Origin: Candidatus Krumholzibacteriia bacterium
GTDB taxonomy: Bacteria; Krumholzibacteriota; Krumholzibacteriia; LZORAL124-64-63
Direction of reading: 5' to 3'
Assembly: GCA_046484865.1 (NCBI GenBank)
Contig: JAWOID010000103.1
Coordinates: 1 to 64,000, forward strand
DNA: 64,000 nt
The position numbers were made by a program, and so were the translations under genes. Positions 1 to 8,163 of the stretch are shown piece by piece (the first letter of the stretch is position 1; each line of letters begins with the position of its first letter). The notes beneath the pieces are model-generated. The model was not told where the DNA came from, did not search any database, and worked only from the letters and a program-made list of their open reading frames with translations.

Positions 1-948
1 CCGGCGCTGGACCGCTTCGAGGCGGAGTTCGCAGCCATCCTCCAGGGCGATAGCCCCCTGACGGAGGAGATCTGCGCGTACATCCGCAGGGGCAAGAGCA
101 AGCGTTTCCGCCCGACGCTGCTGCTGCTCAGCGCGCAGCACGACGACGAGGTCGACCCGCGCGCCATCCGGGCCGCCGCATGCGTCGAGCTCGTGCACAC
201 GGCCACGCTCGTCCACGACGACTTCATCGACGAATCGCTCACCCGGCGGGGGCTGCCGACGGTGAACGAGAAGTTCGGCTCGGCGGCCGCCCTCATCATG
301 GGCGATCTCCTCTACAGCAAGGCGCTGGAAGCCCTGTGCGAGACCGGACTGCAGCACGCGGTTGCGCAGCTCGCGCGCACCACCGTCCTGATGAGCGAAG
401 CGGAGATGCTGCAGCTCGAGCACCGTTTCGATCTGGAGATCGGCGAGGAACGGTACATGCGGATCATCTCGCAGAAGACGGCCTCGCTGATCGAGACCAG
501 CTGCCGGGTGGGCGTGTACCTGAATCCGCGGCTGCGAGACGCCGAGGAGGCGTTCGGCCGCTTCGGGCGACAGACCGGGCTGGTCTTCCAGATCACCGAC
601 GACATCTTCGACTATCTTGGGGACGAGCGACGACTGGGCAAGCCGACCGGACAGGACTGGGAGGAGGGACGCATCACGCTGCCCCTGATCGCAGCCTGGC
701 GCAACGCCCCGGCCGCTCAGCGCGAAAGGCTGGCGAAGCACGCCGACCTGCGCGAACCCGCCGATCGGGCGCGGGTCTGGCCCGACGTGCGCGACTTCGT
801 CACCGAGAATGGCGGCGTGGACGCCGCCTTCGCCCGGGCGCGGGAACTGGGCGAGGAGGCCAAGGAGGCTCTCGGCCCGGTTGCGAGCGGTCCCCAGAAG
901 GACCTGCTCGCCGTGGCCGTGGAGTACGTCATCAACCGCTTGAACTGA
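1..948 (+). CDS. Polyprenyl diphosphate synthase (IspB/HepT-like), 5' end outside the window
   Basis: Frame is open from base 1; GKxKRFRP motif, first DDxxD (HDDFID..RRG), KT motif and second DDxxD (FQITDDIFD). Confidence 0.92.
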   Translation, partial: PALDRFEAEFAAILQGDSPLTEEICAYIRRGKSKRFRPTLLLLSAQHDDEVDPRAIRAAACVELVHTATLVHDDFIDESLTRRGLPTVNEKFGSAAALIMGDLLYSKALEALCETGLQHAVAQLARTTVLMSEAEMLQLEHRFDLEIGEERYMRIISQKTASLIETSCRVGVYLNPRLRDAEEAFGRFGRQTGLVFQITDDIFDYLGDERRLGKPTGQDWEEGRITLPLIAAWRNAPAAQRERLAKHADLREPADRARVWPDVRDFVTENGGVDAAFARARELGEEAKEALGPVASGPQKDLLAVAVEYVINRLN

Positions 949-1012
949 GGATACCGCCACGGCTGAACCGAACCTGAACGACGATCGACAGCCCGGAGCC
1001 GGCGATCACCGG

Positions 1013-1462
1013 ATGCCCGACGGTTCCGCCGCGTTCGCGCTGGCGGAGGCGGCGGCCTTCTTCATGCTGGAGAGGAAGGCCGAGAACGTGGTGATCCTGG
1101 ACCTGCGGGGCCGGGCCGAGATGTGCGACTTCTTCGTCCTCGGCGACGGCATGGCCGACGTGCAGGTGCGCGCCGTCGCCGAGTCCGTCCGCGACGGCAC
1201 CGCCGGCCGGGGCGAGAAGGTGCACCACGTGGAAGGGCTCAACGAGGGCCGCTGGGTGCTGCTGGATTACATCGACGTGGTGGTGCACGTCTTCAAGCCG
1301 GAGGTGCGTGGCTACTACCAGCTCGAGCGCCTCTGGGGCGACGCCCCGCGACTGCCGGTCACGATCGACCACTACCGCGACCCGGAGGTCCAGGCCCGCC
1401 AGGTCGGACTGCCGGGCCTCCCGCCTCCCGTCACCCGGGAAGATGCATCGGACGGAACATGA
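1013..1462 (+). CDS. rsfS: Ribosome silencing factor RsfS (Iojap)
   Basis: KAENVVILDL, CDFFVL, WVLLDYIDVVVHVF and YYQLERLWGDA signatures. Confidence 0.93.
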   Translation: MPDGSAAFALAEAAAFFMLERKAENVVILDLRGRAEMCDFFVLGDGMADVQVRAVAESVRDGTAGRGEKVHHVEGLNEGRWVLLDYIDVVVHVFKPEVRGYYQLERLWGDAPRLPVTIDHYRDPEVQARQVGLPGLPPPVTREDASDGT

Positions 1463-3195
1463 TCGAGGATCTCATCCGCAAGGCCCTGCTGGCCACGCTG
1501 GAGACGTACGGCATCTACGAGGAGGACGTGGAGATCCTCCTGGAGAAGCCTCGCGAGCGCAGCCATGGCGACCTGAGCAGCAGCATAGCCCTCGCGCTCG
1601 CCAAGCACCTGCAGCGCAAGCCGCGGGAGCTGGCCGGCGAGCTGGCCGCCGCCGTCAGTCTGGATCGCGACGTCGTGGAGTCGGTGGAGATCGCCGGCCC
1701 CGGGTTCATCAACTTCCGGCTCGCCCGGCCGTACCAGATCTCGGCCCTGCTGGACGTGTGGTCGGGTGCGGCCCTGGACAGGATCCGCACCGGCGCCGGC
1801 AAGCGCATCAACGTGGAGTACATCAGCGCCAATCCGACCGGGCCGCTGAACGTGGTCTCGGCTCGGGCCGGCGCGTTCGGCCAGACGCTGGTACGGCTCC
1901 TGCGCGCCATCGGCTTCGACGCTCACAGCGAATACTACGTCAACGACTCGGGGCGCCAGGTCCGGCTCCTGGGCGAGTCGCTGCGCGCCCACTACCTGCA
2001 ACTACACGGCGAACAGGTGGATTTTCCCGAGAACGGCTACCGCGGGCGGTATCTCGAGATCATGGCCGCCGAGCTGCTGGACCAGGACACCGAGGCCGTG
2101 CAGCGCGCCGCCAGCGCGTTCAACGACGAGAGCTTCCAGCGCGTGCGCGCGCCGCTCGGCTGCGCGGGGGACTGGCGGACGCTGCCGGTCGAGGAGTCGG
2201 TGGGCTGCTTCTCCAAGTACGCGCTCATGAAGATCCTGGGCTGGCAGCGGGAGACCTGCCGTCGCTTCGGCTTGCGCTTCGACACCTGGTATTTCGAATC
2301 GGAACTGCACGAGTCCAAGCGGGTGGAGCGGGCGCTGGAGCGGCTGCGCAAGTCGGACGCCGTCTACGAGCAGGATGGCGCGGTCTGGTTCCGCTCCACC
2401 GACTATGGCGACGAGAAGGACCGGGTGCTGGTGCGGGCCGACGGAGGGCCCACCTACTTCCTGGCCGACGTGGCCTACCACTACCACAAGTTCCAGCGCG
2501 GCTTCGAGCACGCGATCGACTTCTGGGGCCCGGACCATCACGGCTACATCCAGCGCATGCAGGGCGCCATGCAGGCGCTCGGCACGGACGAGGACTGGCT
2601 GGAGGTGCAGATCCTCCAGCAGGTGACCTTCCTCGAGAATGGCCGCGCCCTGGACATGTCCAAGCGCAAGGGACAGTTCGTCACCATGGACGCCCTCATC
2701 GACGAGGTGGGCGCCGACGTGGCGAAGTACATCTTCCTGACGCGCAAGCCGAACTCGCACCTCGACTTCGACCTCGACCTGGCCAAGGAGCAGTCGAACG
2801 AGAACCCGGTGTACTACGTGAAGTACGCCCACGCGCGCATCTGTTCGGTGCTGCGCAACGCAGAGGCCGCCGGCGTGCACGTGAAAGGCGTGAAGGAGGC
2901 GGCGCTGAGACGGCTCGACGGGGAGGCCGAGTGGAACCTGGTGCGCGAGCTGGTGCGCTTGCCGCGGGTGATCGTCTCCGCGGCGGAGGCGCGCGAGCCG
3001 CACCGGCTCACGGCCTACGCCCACGAGGTCGCCGGGCTGTTCCACCAGTTCTACCACCAGTGTCAGATCCTGGGCGTGGAACCGGCGGTCACCGATGCGC
3101 GCCTGCAACTCTGCCTGGTGACCAGAAAGGTCCTGGCCCGGGTGCTGGAACTCTGCGGCGTCGAGGCACCCGAACGCATGGAAGAGAAGGTCTGA
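1459..3195 (+). CDS. argS: Arginine--tRNA ligase
   Basis: ATG 1459 overlaps the rsfS stop (ATGA); HGDLSS, AGPGFINF, EYISANPTGPL, GPDHHGY, MSKRKG, NPVYYVKYAHARICS, APERM. Confidence 0.96.
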   Translation: MIEDLIRKALLATLETYGIYEEDVEILLEKPRERSHGDLSSSIALALAKHLQRKPRELAGELAAAVSLDRDVVESVEIAGPGFINFRLARPYQISALLDVWSGAALDRIRTGAGKRINVEYISANPTGPLNVVSARAGAFGQTLVRLLRAIGFDAHSEYYVNDSGRQVRLLGESLRAHYLQLHGEQVDFPENGYRGRYLEIMAAELLDQDTEAVQRAASAFNDESFQRVRAPLGCAGDWRTLPVEESVGCFSKYALMKILGWQRETCRRFGLRFDTWYFESELHESKRVERALERLRKSDAVYEQDGAVWFRSTDYGDEKDRVLVRADGGPTYFLADVAYHYHKFQRGFEHAIDFWGPDHHGYIQRMQGAMQALGTDEDWLEVQILQQVTFLENGRALDMSKRKGQFVTMDALIDEVGADVAKYIFLTRKPNSHLDFDLDLAKEQSNENPVYYVKYAHARICSVLRNAEAAGVHVKGVKEAALRRLDGEAEWNLVRELVRLPRVIVSAAEAREPHRLTAYAHEVAGLFHQFYHQCQILGVEPAVTDARLQLCLVTRKVLARVLELCGVEAPERMEEKV

Positions 3196-4103
3196 TGTCG
3201 ATCCTGGTGGTGGGTTCGGTGGCCTACGACACCGTGGAGACCCCGCGCGAGCGCCGCGAGCGGCAGCTCGGGGGCAGCGCCAGCTACTTCGCCGTGGCTG
3301 CACGCCGGCACGGGCCGATCCGCGTCGTCGGCGTGGTGGGAGACGACTTCCTCGCCGACGACCTGGCGCTGCTGGAGGACAATGGCGCCGATCTCGACGG
3401 CGTGGTGCGGGCGACCGGGCCGAGCTTCCACTGGTCCGGCCGGTACCACCTGGACATGATCGAGCGCGACACCCTGCTCACCGAGCTGGGCGTGTTCGCC
3501 GAGTTCCGGCCCGATATCCCCGCCGCCTGGCAGGGAAGCGAGTACCTGTTCCTGGCCAACATCCATCCCGCGCTGCAGAGACACGTGCTCGATCAGATGG
3601 ACGAGCCGCGCCTCGTGGTGCTCGACACCATGAACCTCTGGATCGAGACCACGCGCGAGGACCTGGTCGAGGTTCTGAGCCGCGTCGACGTGCTCCTGGT
3701 GAACGAAGGCGAGGCGCGCCAGCTCACCGGCGAGCGCAGCCTCCAGCGCGCTGCCACACGCATCCAGGAGATGGGGCCGGCGCGGGTGGTGGTGAAGAAG
3801 GGCGAGCACGGAGCTTTGCTGTTCGGACGCGACCGTCTGCTCGCGGTGCCGGGTCTGATCCTCGAGGACGTGGGGGACCCCACCGGCTCCGGGGACAGCT
3901 TCGGCGGCGGTTTCGTGGGAGCGCTCGCCGGGGGGGGCGGGCATCGCGACAGCGACGATGCGCTCTTTCGCCAGGCCATGCTGAACGCCACCGCGGTGGC
4001 GAGCTTCTGCGCCGAGGACTTCAGCGTCGGCGGCCTGCTCAGGATGACGCACACCGCGCTGGACAACCGGCTGGAGCGACTGCGCTCGATGATGGCGCCA
4101 TGA
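3195..4103 (+). CDS. PfkB-family carbohydrate/nucleoside kinase
   Basis: ATG overlaps the argS stop (TGATG); GSVAYD, GGSASY, DPTGSGDSFGGG anion-hole motif. Confidence 0.9.
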   Translation: MSILVVGSVAYDTVETPRERRERQLGGSASYFAVAARRHGPIRVVGVVGDDFLADDLALLEDNGADLDGVVRATGPSFHWSGRYHLDMIERDTLLTELGVFAEFRPDIPAAWQGSEYLFLANIHPALQRHVLDQMDEPRLVVLDTMNLWIETTREDLVEVLSRVDVLLVNEGEARQLTGERSLQRAATRIQEMGPARVVVKKGEHGALLFGRDRLLAVPGLILEDVGDPTGSGDSFGGGFVGALAGGGGHRDSDDALFRQAMLNATAVASFCAEDFSVGGLLRMTHTALDNRLERLRSMMAP

Positions 4104-4209
4104 GCGAACTGCTCCAACGGGTTGTCTGAGCATCGCTTGCGGGCGGCGGCCGGCCACCGGCGCGCGAGTCGATAAATATCTCTTTAGGCCCTCGGGACCA
4201 CCCGCCTTG

Positions 4210-4238
4210 TTGTCTGCCCTCCCGGCGTGTGCTACGAT
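4210..4238 (+). promoter_or_regulatory. Putative sigma70 promoter for the hypothetical/peptide/HD-GYP module
   Basis: TTGTCT(4210-4215)-17 bp-TACGAT(4233-4238) with extended -10 TGn. Confidence 0.55.
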
Positions 4239-4320
4239 CATTGCAGGAGCGACCGGGACGGCTTCTGTCATTGCAACGTGGAATCGCGGCGAAGGTCGGG
4301 ACGGGAAGGAGCTGCCTACC

Positions 4321-5124
4321 TTGGAATGGGAGCCTCGCGCGGAGCATGACTGGGTGAAGGACGCCGAGCGATGGATCGCGCAGATCAGGGGCGTCCGCCA
4401 GTGCAAGATCGATATCGATCCCGAGGGAGAGGTCACGGGCGTCCACGTGGTGTCGGGCACCGATCGTGATCCACGGCACGTGGTTCGGGACGTCGAGGGC
4501 CTGCTGAAGGCCCGGCTCGGCCTGAACGTCTTCTACAAGAAGATCGGCGTCGTCCAGGTGATGGACCAGGCGGATGCCGAGGGCGTCGAGGACACCGAGG
4601 GCGCCGAAGAGGCGTGGACACCGGAGCCGGCCTCCGACGAGCCCGCCGAGCCTGCAGGGGCCGAGGAGGACATGGACGAAGACGGCATTCCCGCCGTCCT
4701 GCTCGCCGAGGACATCGCGCCCAGGGTGCGCTGCACCGGCGTGGCCGTCCTGGCCTCGGACATGATCGTGCGCGCAGAGGTCGAACTGCAGGCCGGTTCC
4801 CTCGAGGCGCGTGGTGTGGAGGAGGGGCCGAACCATGCCGAGAGCGACATCGCCCTCGTGGCGCGCGCCACCGTCGCGGCGGTCCGCCAGCTGCTGGACG
4901 AGCCCGTCCTCCTGACCCTCGCCGAGGCCAGGCTGGCGCTCGTCGGGGGGAGCACGGTGGCGGTCGTGGCGCTGGAGTTGGTGGAGGGCCGGCGCAGCGA
5001 GCGCCTGTTCGGTACCTGTCCGACCAATCACAACCGCCAGCAGGCGGTGGTTTACGCCGTCCTGGACGCGCTCAACCGCCGGCTGGCCTTGATGGCACTG
5101 AAGACCGGCGAGATCATCGCCTAG
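4321..5124 (+). CDS. Conserved hypothetical protein: N-terminal domain, acidic linker, C-terminal domain resembling the LeuA (IPMS) allosteric/dimerisation domain
   Basis: TTG start after GGAAGGA; GC3-biased codons; C-terminal two-fold beta-beta-beta-alpha pattern ending AVVYAVLDALNRRL. Confidence 0.7.
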   Translation: MEWEPRAEHDWVKDAERWIAQIRGVRQCKIDIDPEGEVTGVHVVSGTDRDPRHVVRDVEGLLKARLGLNVFYKKIGVVQVMDQADAEGVEDTEGAEEAWTPEPASDEPAEPAGAEEDMDEDGIPAVLLAEDIAPRVRCTGVAVLASDMIVRAEVELQAGSLEARGVEEGPNHAESDIALVARATVAAVRQLLDEPVLLTLAEARLALVGGSTVAVVALELVEGRRSERLFGTCPTNHNRQQAVVYAVLDALNRRLALMALKTGEIIA

Positions 5125-5211
5125 CGGGTGGGGCGGCCCGGGGCCCCGGCCTGTCGATGATTGTCCGCCGCGGCTAGAGTTGCGGGCCGACCCACAGGCC
5201 TGCGGAACGTG

Positions 5212-5399
5212 ATCGGCACCGGAACCGAGAGGGGACCCACTCCAGAGCGGAGCAACGAGCGGAGCGGCACACTGCTGTCTCACGATCTGTAGCAGATAGC
5301 AAGATCAAGAGGACGGGAGGTGTCATCATGCTCGATTGGTTGCTGGGTCTGTTTTCCAGGTGGGAGTGGTAGTCCCGAATCGGCTTCCGGTGCCGATTC
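5212..5399 (+). ncRNA. Putative structured RNA (~186-nt rod) enclosing a small ORF, with an alternative 3' hairpin
   Basis: 5212-5224 ATCGGCACCGGAA is the exact reverse complement of 5385-5397. Nested pairings: 5225-5228/5380-5383, 5232-5236/5372-5376, 5237-5243/5363-5369, 5252-5256/5339-5343, 5266-5270/5320-5324, 5275-5280/5311-5316, 5284-5288/5302-5306. Confidence 0.55.
5328..5372 (+). CDS. Small Trp-rich peptide MLDWLLGLFSRWEW (14 aa)
   Basis: Near-perfect SD GGAGGTG (5316-5322), 5 nt spacer, ATG 5328, TAG 5370-5372; below the ORF-track length cutoff. Confidence 0.65.
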   Translation: MLDWLLGLFSRWEW

Positions 5400-5413
5400 C
5401 TCATGTCCCCACG

Positions 5414-5441
5414 TGCCAGCGAAATCTTGCCAGCGAAATCT
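5414..5441 (+). repeat. Perfect 14-bp tandem duplication TGCCAGCGAAATCT x2
   Basis: 5414-5427 and 5428-5441 are identical. Confidence 0.85.
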
Positions 5442-5538
5442 GCGTGCGGTAGACTTCAGCGCTCAGGCTTTCCCTGAATTGGTCGATAGCATTAGGGAAG
5501 AGACCCGGACGACCTTCCTCGAACCCGGGAAAGGCAAC

Positions 5539-6858
5539 GTGCTTGCCCGTTCCAGAAGCCCACGGCCGCTGTTCTGGGTGGTGTACGGCGGTACGCTTGC
5601 CCTCGGGCTCGCCACTTTGGTGCTGCTCTCCGGAACGGTAGACCCCCACGATTTCAGCCGCCAGTGGCCGTCGCTCATCATCTTCTTCGTCTTCCTGCTG
5701 CTGGCGGACACCCGGTTGAGTTCGCCCCGGCACACTGGTGGGCGCCTATTGACGACCACCAGCATCGTATTCTCGGTGTTCGTGATGTTCGGACCATTTT
5801 TCGCGGCCGCCATGGAGGCGATCTCGGCCCTGGTGCGCGGACTGCTGTTCAGCAACACCGGGGCGCGCAAATCGCTCTTCAACGCGAGTATGCTGGCCAC
5901 TGCCGCAGGCGTATCGGGGACCGTCTACCATGCCTTGCCCTGGTCGGATCGTTTTACGGGACCCGCGTTCTTCGTGCCGCTGACCGTTGCCATGGTGTGT
6001 CACGCCGTGGTCAATTACATTCTCATCACCTCGATCATGGCCCTCGACACGAAGATGCCGGCGCGCAGCGTCTACCGGCGGAACCTGAACCGCGGGCCCA
6101 TCCGCAGCCTGCTGGACCTGCCGTTCGCCGCCATGGTCGTGCTGCTGTACCTGCAGGCCGGGCCCTGGACGCTGCTGCTGTTCCTGTTCCCGGTGCTGGC
6201 GCTCTACGAGAGCGACAAGCTCTTCCAGCGCAACAAGGAAGCACACATCAACTCCATTGCGGCCCTCACCACCGCGCTCGAGGCCGACGAACCCTACACC
6301 CACGGCCACAGCTACCGGGTGGCCAAGTACGCGGTGAGGATCGGTCGGACCATGGGGTTGAGCGACAAGGAACTGGAGCGGCTCGAGTACGGCGGACTGC
6401 TGCACGACATCGGCAAGATCGCCATCACCAACGATATCATCTGCAAGCCGGGACGCCTGACCGCCTCCGAGTTCGAGGTCATGAAGAGCCATCCGACCAT
6501 CGGCGCCGACATCGTCGAGCAGATCAGCTTCCTGCGCGAGACCACGGAACTGGTCCGCCATCACCACGAACGCCCCGACGGCAAGGGCTACCCGTCCGGC
6601 CTGCGCGACGGCGAGATCAGTCTCGGGTGCCACATCCTGAACGTCTGCGACGCTTTCGACGCCATGACCTCCGACCGCCCCTACCGGCGCGCCCTCAGCG
6701 TGGAGAAGGCCATCGAGGAGCTGGTGCGGTTCAAGGGGACCCAGTTCGACGCCAGGGTGGTGGACACGGTGCTCAAGCTGTATCATACCGGCGAGTTCGA
6801 GCCCCTCCAGGAGATGACCAGCCCCGCGCCGGAGGAGACGCGAGAACTGGTCGTCTGA
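5539..6858 (+). CDS. Membrane-anchored HD-GYP cyclic-dinucleotide phosphodiesterase with a multi-TM N-terminal sensor region
   Basis: GTG start after GGGAAAGG; several hydrophobic helices, then YTHGHS, LLHDIGK, HHHERPDGKGYP, DAFDAMTSDRPYR, GTQFD. Confidence 0.92.
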   Translation: MLARSRSPRPLFWVVYGGTLALGLATLVLLSGTVDPHDFSRQWPSLIIFFVFLLLADTRLSSPRHTGGRLLTTTSIVFSVFVMFGPFFAAAMEAISALVRGLLFSNTGARKSLFNASMLATAAGVSGTVYHALPWSDRFTGPAFFVPLTVAMVCHAVVNYILITSIMALDTKMPARSVYRRNLNRGPIRSLLDLPFAAMVVLLYLQAGPWTLLLFLFPVLALYESDKLFQRNKEAHINSIAALTTALEADEPYTHGHSYRVAKYAVRIGRTMGLSDKELERLEYGGLLHDIGKIAITNDIICKPGRLTASEFEVMKSHPTIGADIVEQISFLRETTELVRHHHERPDGKGYPSGLRDGEISLGCHILNVCDAFDAMTSDRPYRRALSVEKAIEELVRFKGTQFDARVVDTVLKLYHTGEFEPLQEMTSPAPEETRELVV

Positions 6859-6878
6859 GAAACGGATCCGATCCCACC

Positions 6879-7892
6879 ATGAAGTACGCCGACAGCGGTG
6901 TGAACATCGACGCGGCCGCGCGCGCCCTGGCGCGCGCGAAGGAGGCGGTGCGCTCCACCTGGGACAGCCGCGTGAAGAGCGACATCGGTGCCTTCGGCGG
7001 CCTCTTCCAGCCTGCCCCGGGCGAGCCGCTCCTGGTGGCCTCGGTGGACGGCGTCGGCACGAAGGTCAAGGTGGCCGCGCTGGCGGGCCGGCACGACACC
7101 GTGGGCCAGGACCTGGTGAACCACTGCGTGGACGACATCCTGGTGCAGGGGGCGGAGCCGCTCTTCTTCCTGGACTACTTCGCCACGAGCAAGCTGGACG
7201 AGGCCGTGCTGCCGCAGATCATCGAGGGGTTCGCCCGCGCCTGCCGCGAGAACGGCTGCGCCCTGCTGGGCGGCGAGACCGCCGAGATGCCCGGCGTGTA
7301 CCTCGACGGCGAGTTCGACCTGGCCGGCACCATCGTGGGCCAGGTGCGCGCCGACGCGGTGATCGACGGCAAGCGGATCGCTCCCGGCGACCGCGTCTGG
7401 GGTCTGGCCAGCACCGGCCTGCATACCAACGGCTACTCGCTGGCCCGCAAGGTGCTGCTCGAGGACGCCGGCTTCGCGGTGGACGACCGGCCGGCCGAGC
7501 TCGAGGGCGCCACCGTCGGCGATGCGCTGCTCGCGGTGCACCGCAGCTATCTACGCCCGGTCCAGGCCATGTGGAGCGCGTTCGGCCGCGGCGCGGTGCA
7601 CGGTCTCGCTCACATCACCGGCGGCGGCTTCTACGACAACGTCCCGCGGATCGTGCCCGCCGGGACGTGCGTCCGCCTCGATCCCTCGACCTGGACCGTC
7701 CCGCCCATCTTCCGGCTCATCGCCGACCGCGGCGGCGTCGACCCGCACGAGATGCACCGTGTCTTCAACATGGGCATCGGCATGGTCTGCATCCTCGATC
7801 CCGCCGCCGACCTCGCGGCGCTGACCGATCTGGGCGCCGTGGAGATCGGCGAGGTCGTCTCCGGCGAGCAGCCGGTCGTCCTGCCGTTCTGA
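6879..7892 (+). CDS. purM: Phosphoribosylformylglycinamidine cyclo-ligase
   Basis: YADSGVNI, DGVGTK, GAEPLFFLDY, GGETAEMPG, HTNGYSL, HITGGG, FNMGIG. Confidence 0.96.
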   Translation: MKYADSGVNIDAAARALARAKEAVRSTWDSRVKSDIGAFGGLFQPAPGEPLLVASVDGVGTKVKVAALAGRHDTVGQDLVNHCVDDILVQGAEPLFFLDYFATSKLDEAVLPQIIEGFARACRENGCALLGGETAEMPGVYLDGEFDLAGTIVGQVRADAVIDGKRIAPGDRVWGLASTGLHTNGYSLARKVLLEDAGFAVDDRPAELEGATVGDALLAVHRSYLRPVQAMWSAFGRGAVHGLAHITGGGFYDNVPRIVPAGTCVRLDPSTWTVPPIFRLIADRGGVDPHEMHRVFNMGIGMVCILDPAADLAALTDLGAVEIGEVVSGEQPVVLPF

Positions 7893-8117
7893 TCGAACCC
7901 GGCGACCGGTCTCGCGGCCGGTGCACCGGATGATCTCAGCGGCGGCCGGTGTCTCACCGTGTCATCTCCGTGCCGGACCTGTTCCTTCCGCAGGACACCC
8001 TCGACGCCATCGTGCCGGCGCTCCGGACGCGCGCCTGCGGTGCCGTCTCCCCGCAGAGACGCTCGGCAGCGCCTCGGTCGGTGCCGTTTCCGCGCGGCCA
8101 GGCGCTCGCGTTCGCAC

Positions 8118-8133
8118 CGGCACCTTTCCTGCA
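8118..8133 (+). promoter_or_regulatory. Putative sigma54 -24/-12 promoter upstream of the sigma54 activator gene
   Basis: CGGCAC-CTTTC-CTGCA; GG(8119-8120)-N10-GC(8131-8132), ~30 nt before the ATG at 8164. Confidence 0.5.
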
Positions 8134-8163
8134 GCCGTGCCACGACACAGCGGGAGGGAGCCG

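Noticed and set aside
1..948. ComQ-like Trp prenyltransferase acting on the Trp-rich peptide
   Set aside because: It has both canonical DDxxD motifs, RRG and KT of an ordinary quinone-side-chain synthase, and sits in a housekeeping operon 4 kb away.
5261..5280. Sigma54 promoter upstream of the peptide ORF (CGGCAC...)
   Set aside because: No GC at the required GG-N10-GC spacing.
5328..5372. RiPP precursor (darobactin/triceptide-like WxW)
   Set aside because: No radical SAM, P450, peptidase or dedicated transporter gene is adjacent, and the leader would be very short.
5320..5538. N-terminal extension of the HD-GYP ORF given in the ORF track
   Set aside because: The extension is not protein-like and overlaps the SD-led peptide ORF and RNA structure; GTG 5539 has its own SD and begins just before the first TM helix.
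5125..5538. c-di-GMP-I/II riboswitch or SRP RNA upstream of the HD-GYP gene
   Set aside because: I could not find the GCAAAC/GNRA-receptor core of c-di-GMP-I or the SRP GGAA-loop/AGCAG motif; an Rfam scan is needed to exclude these formally.
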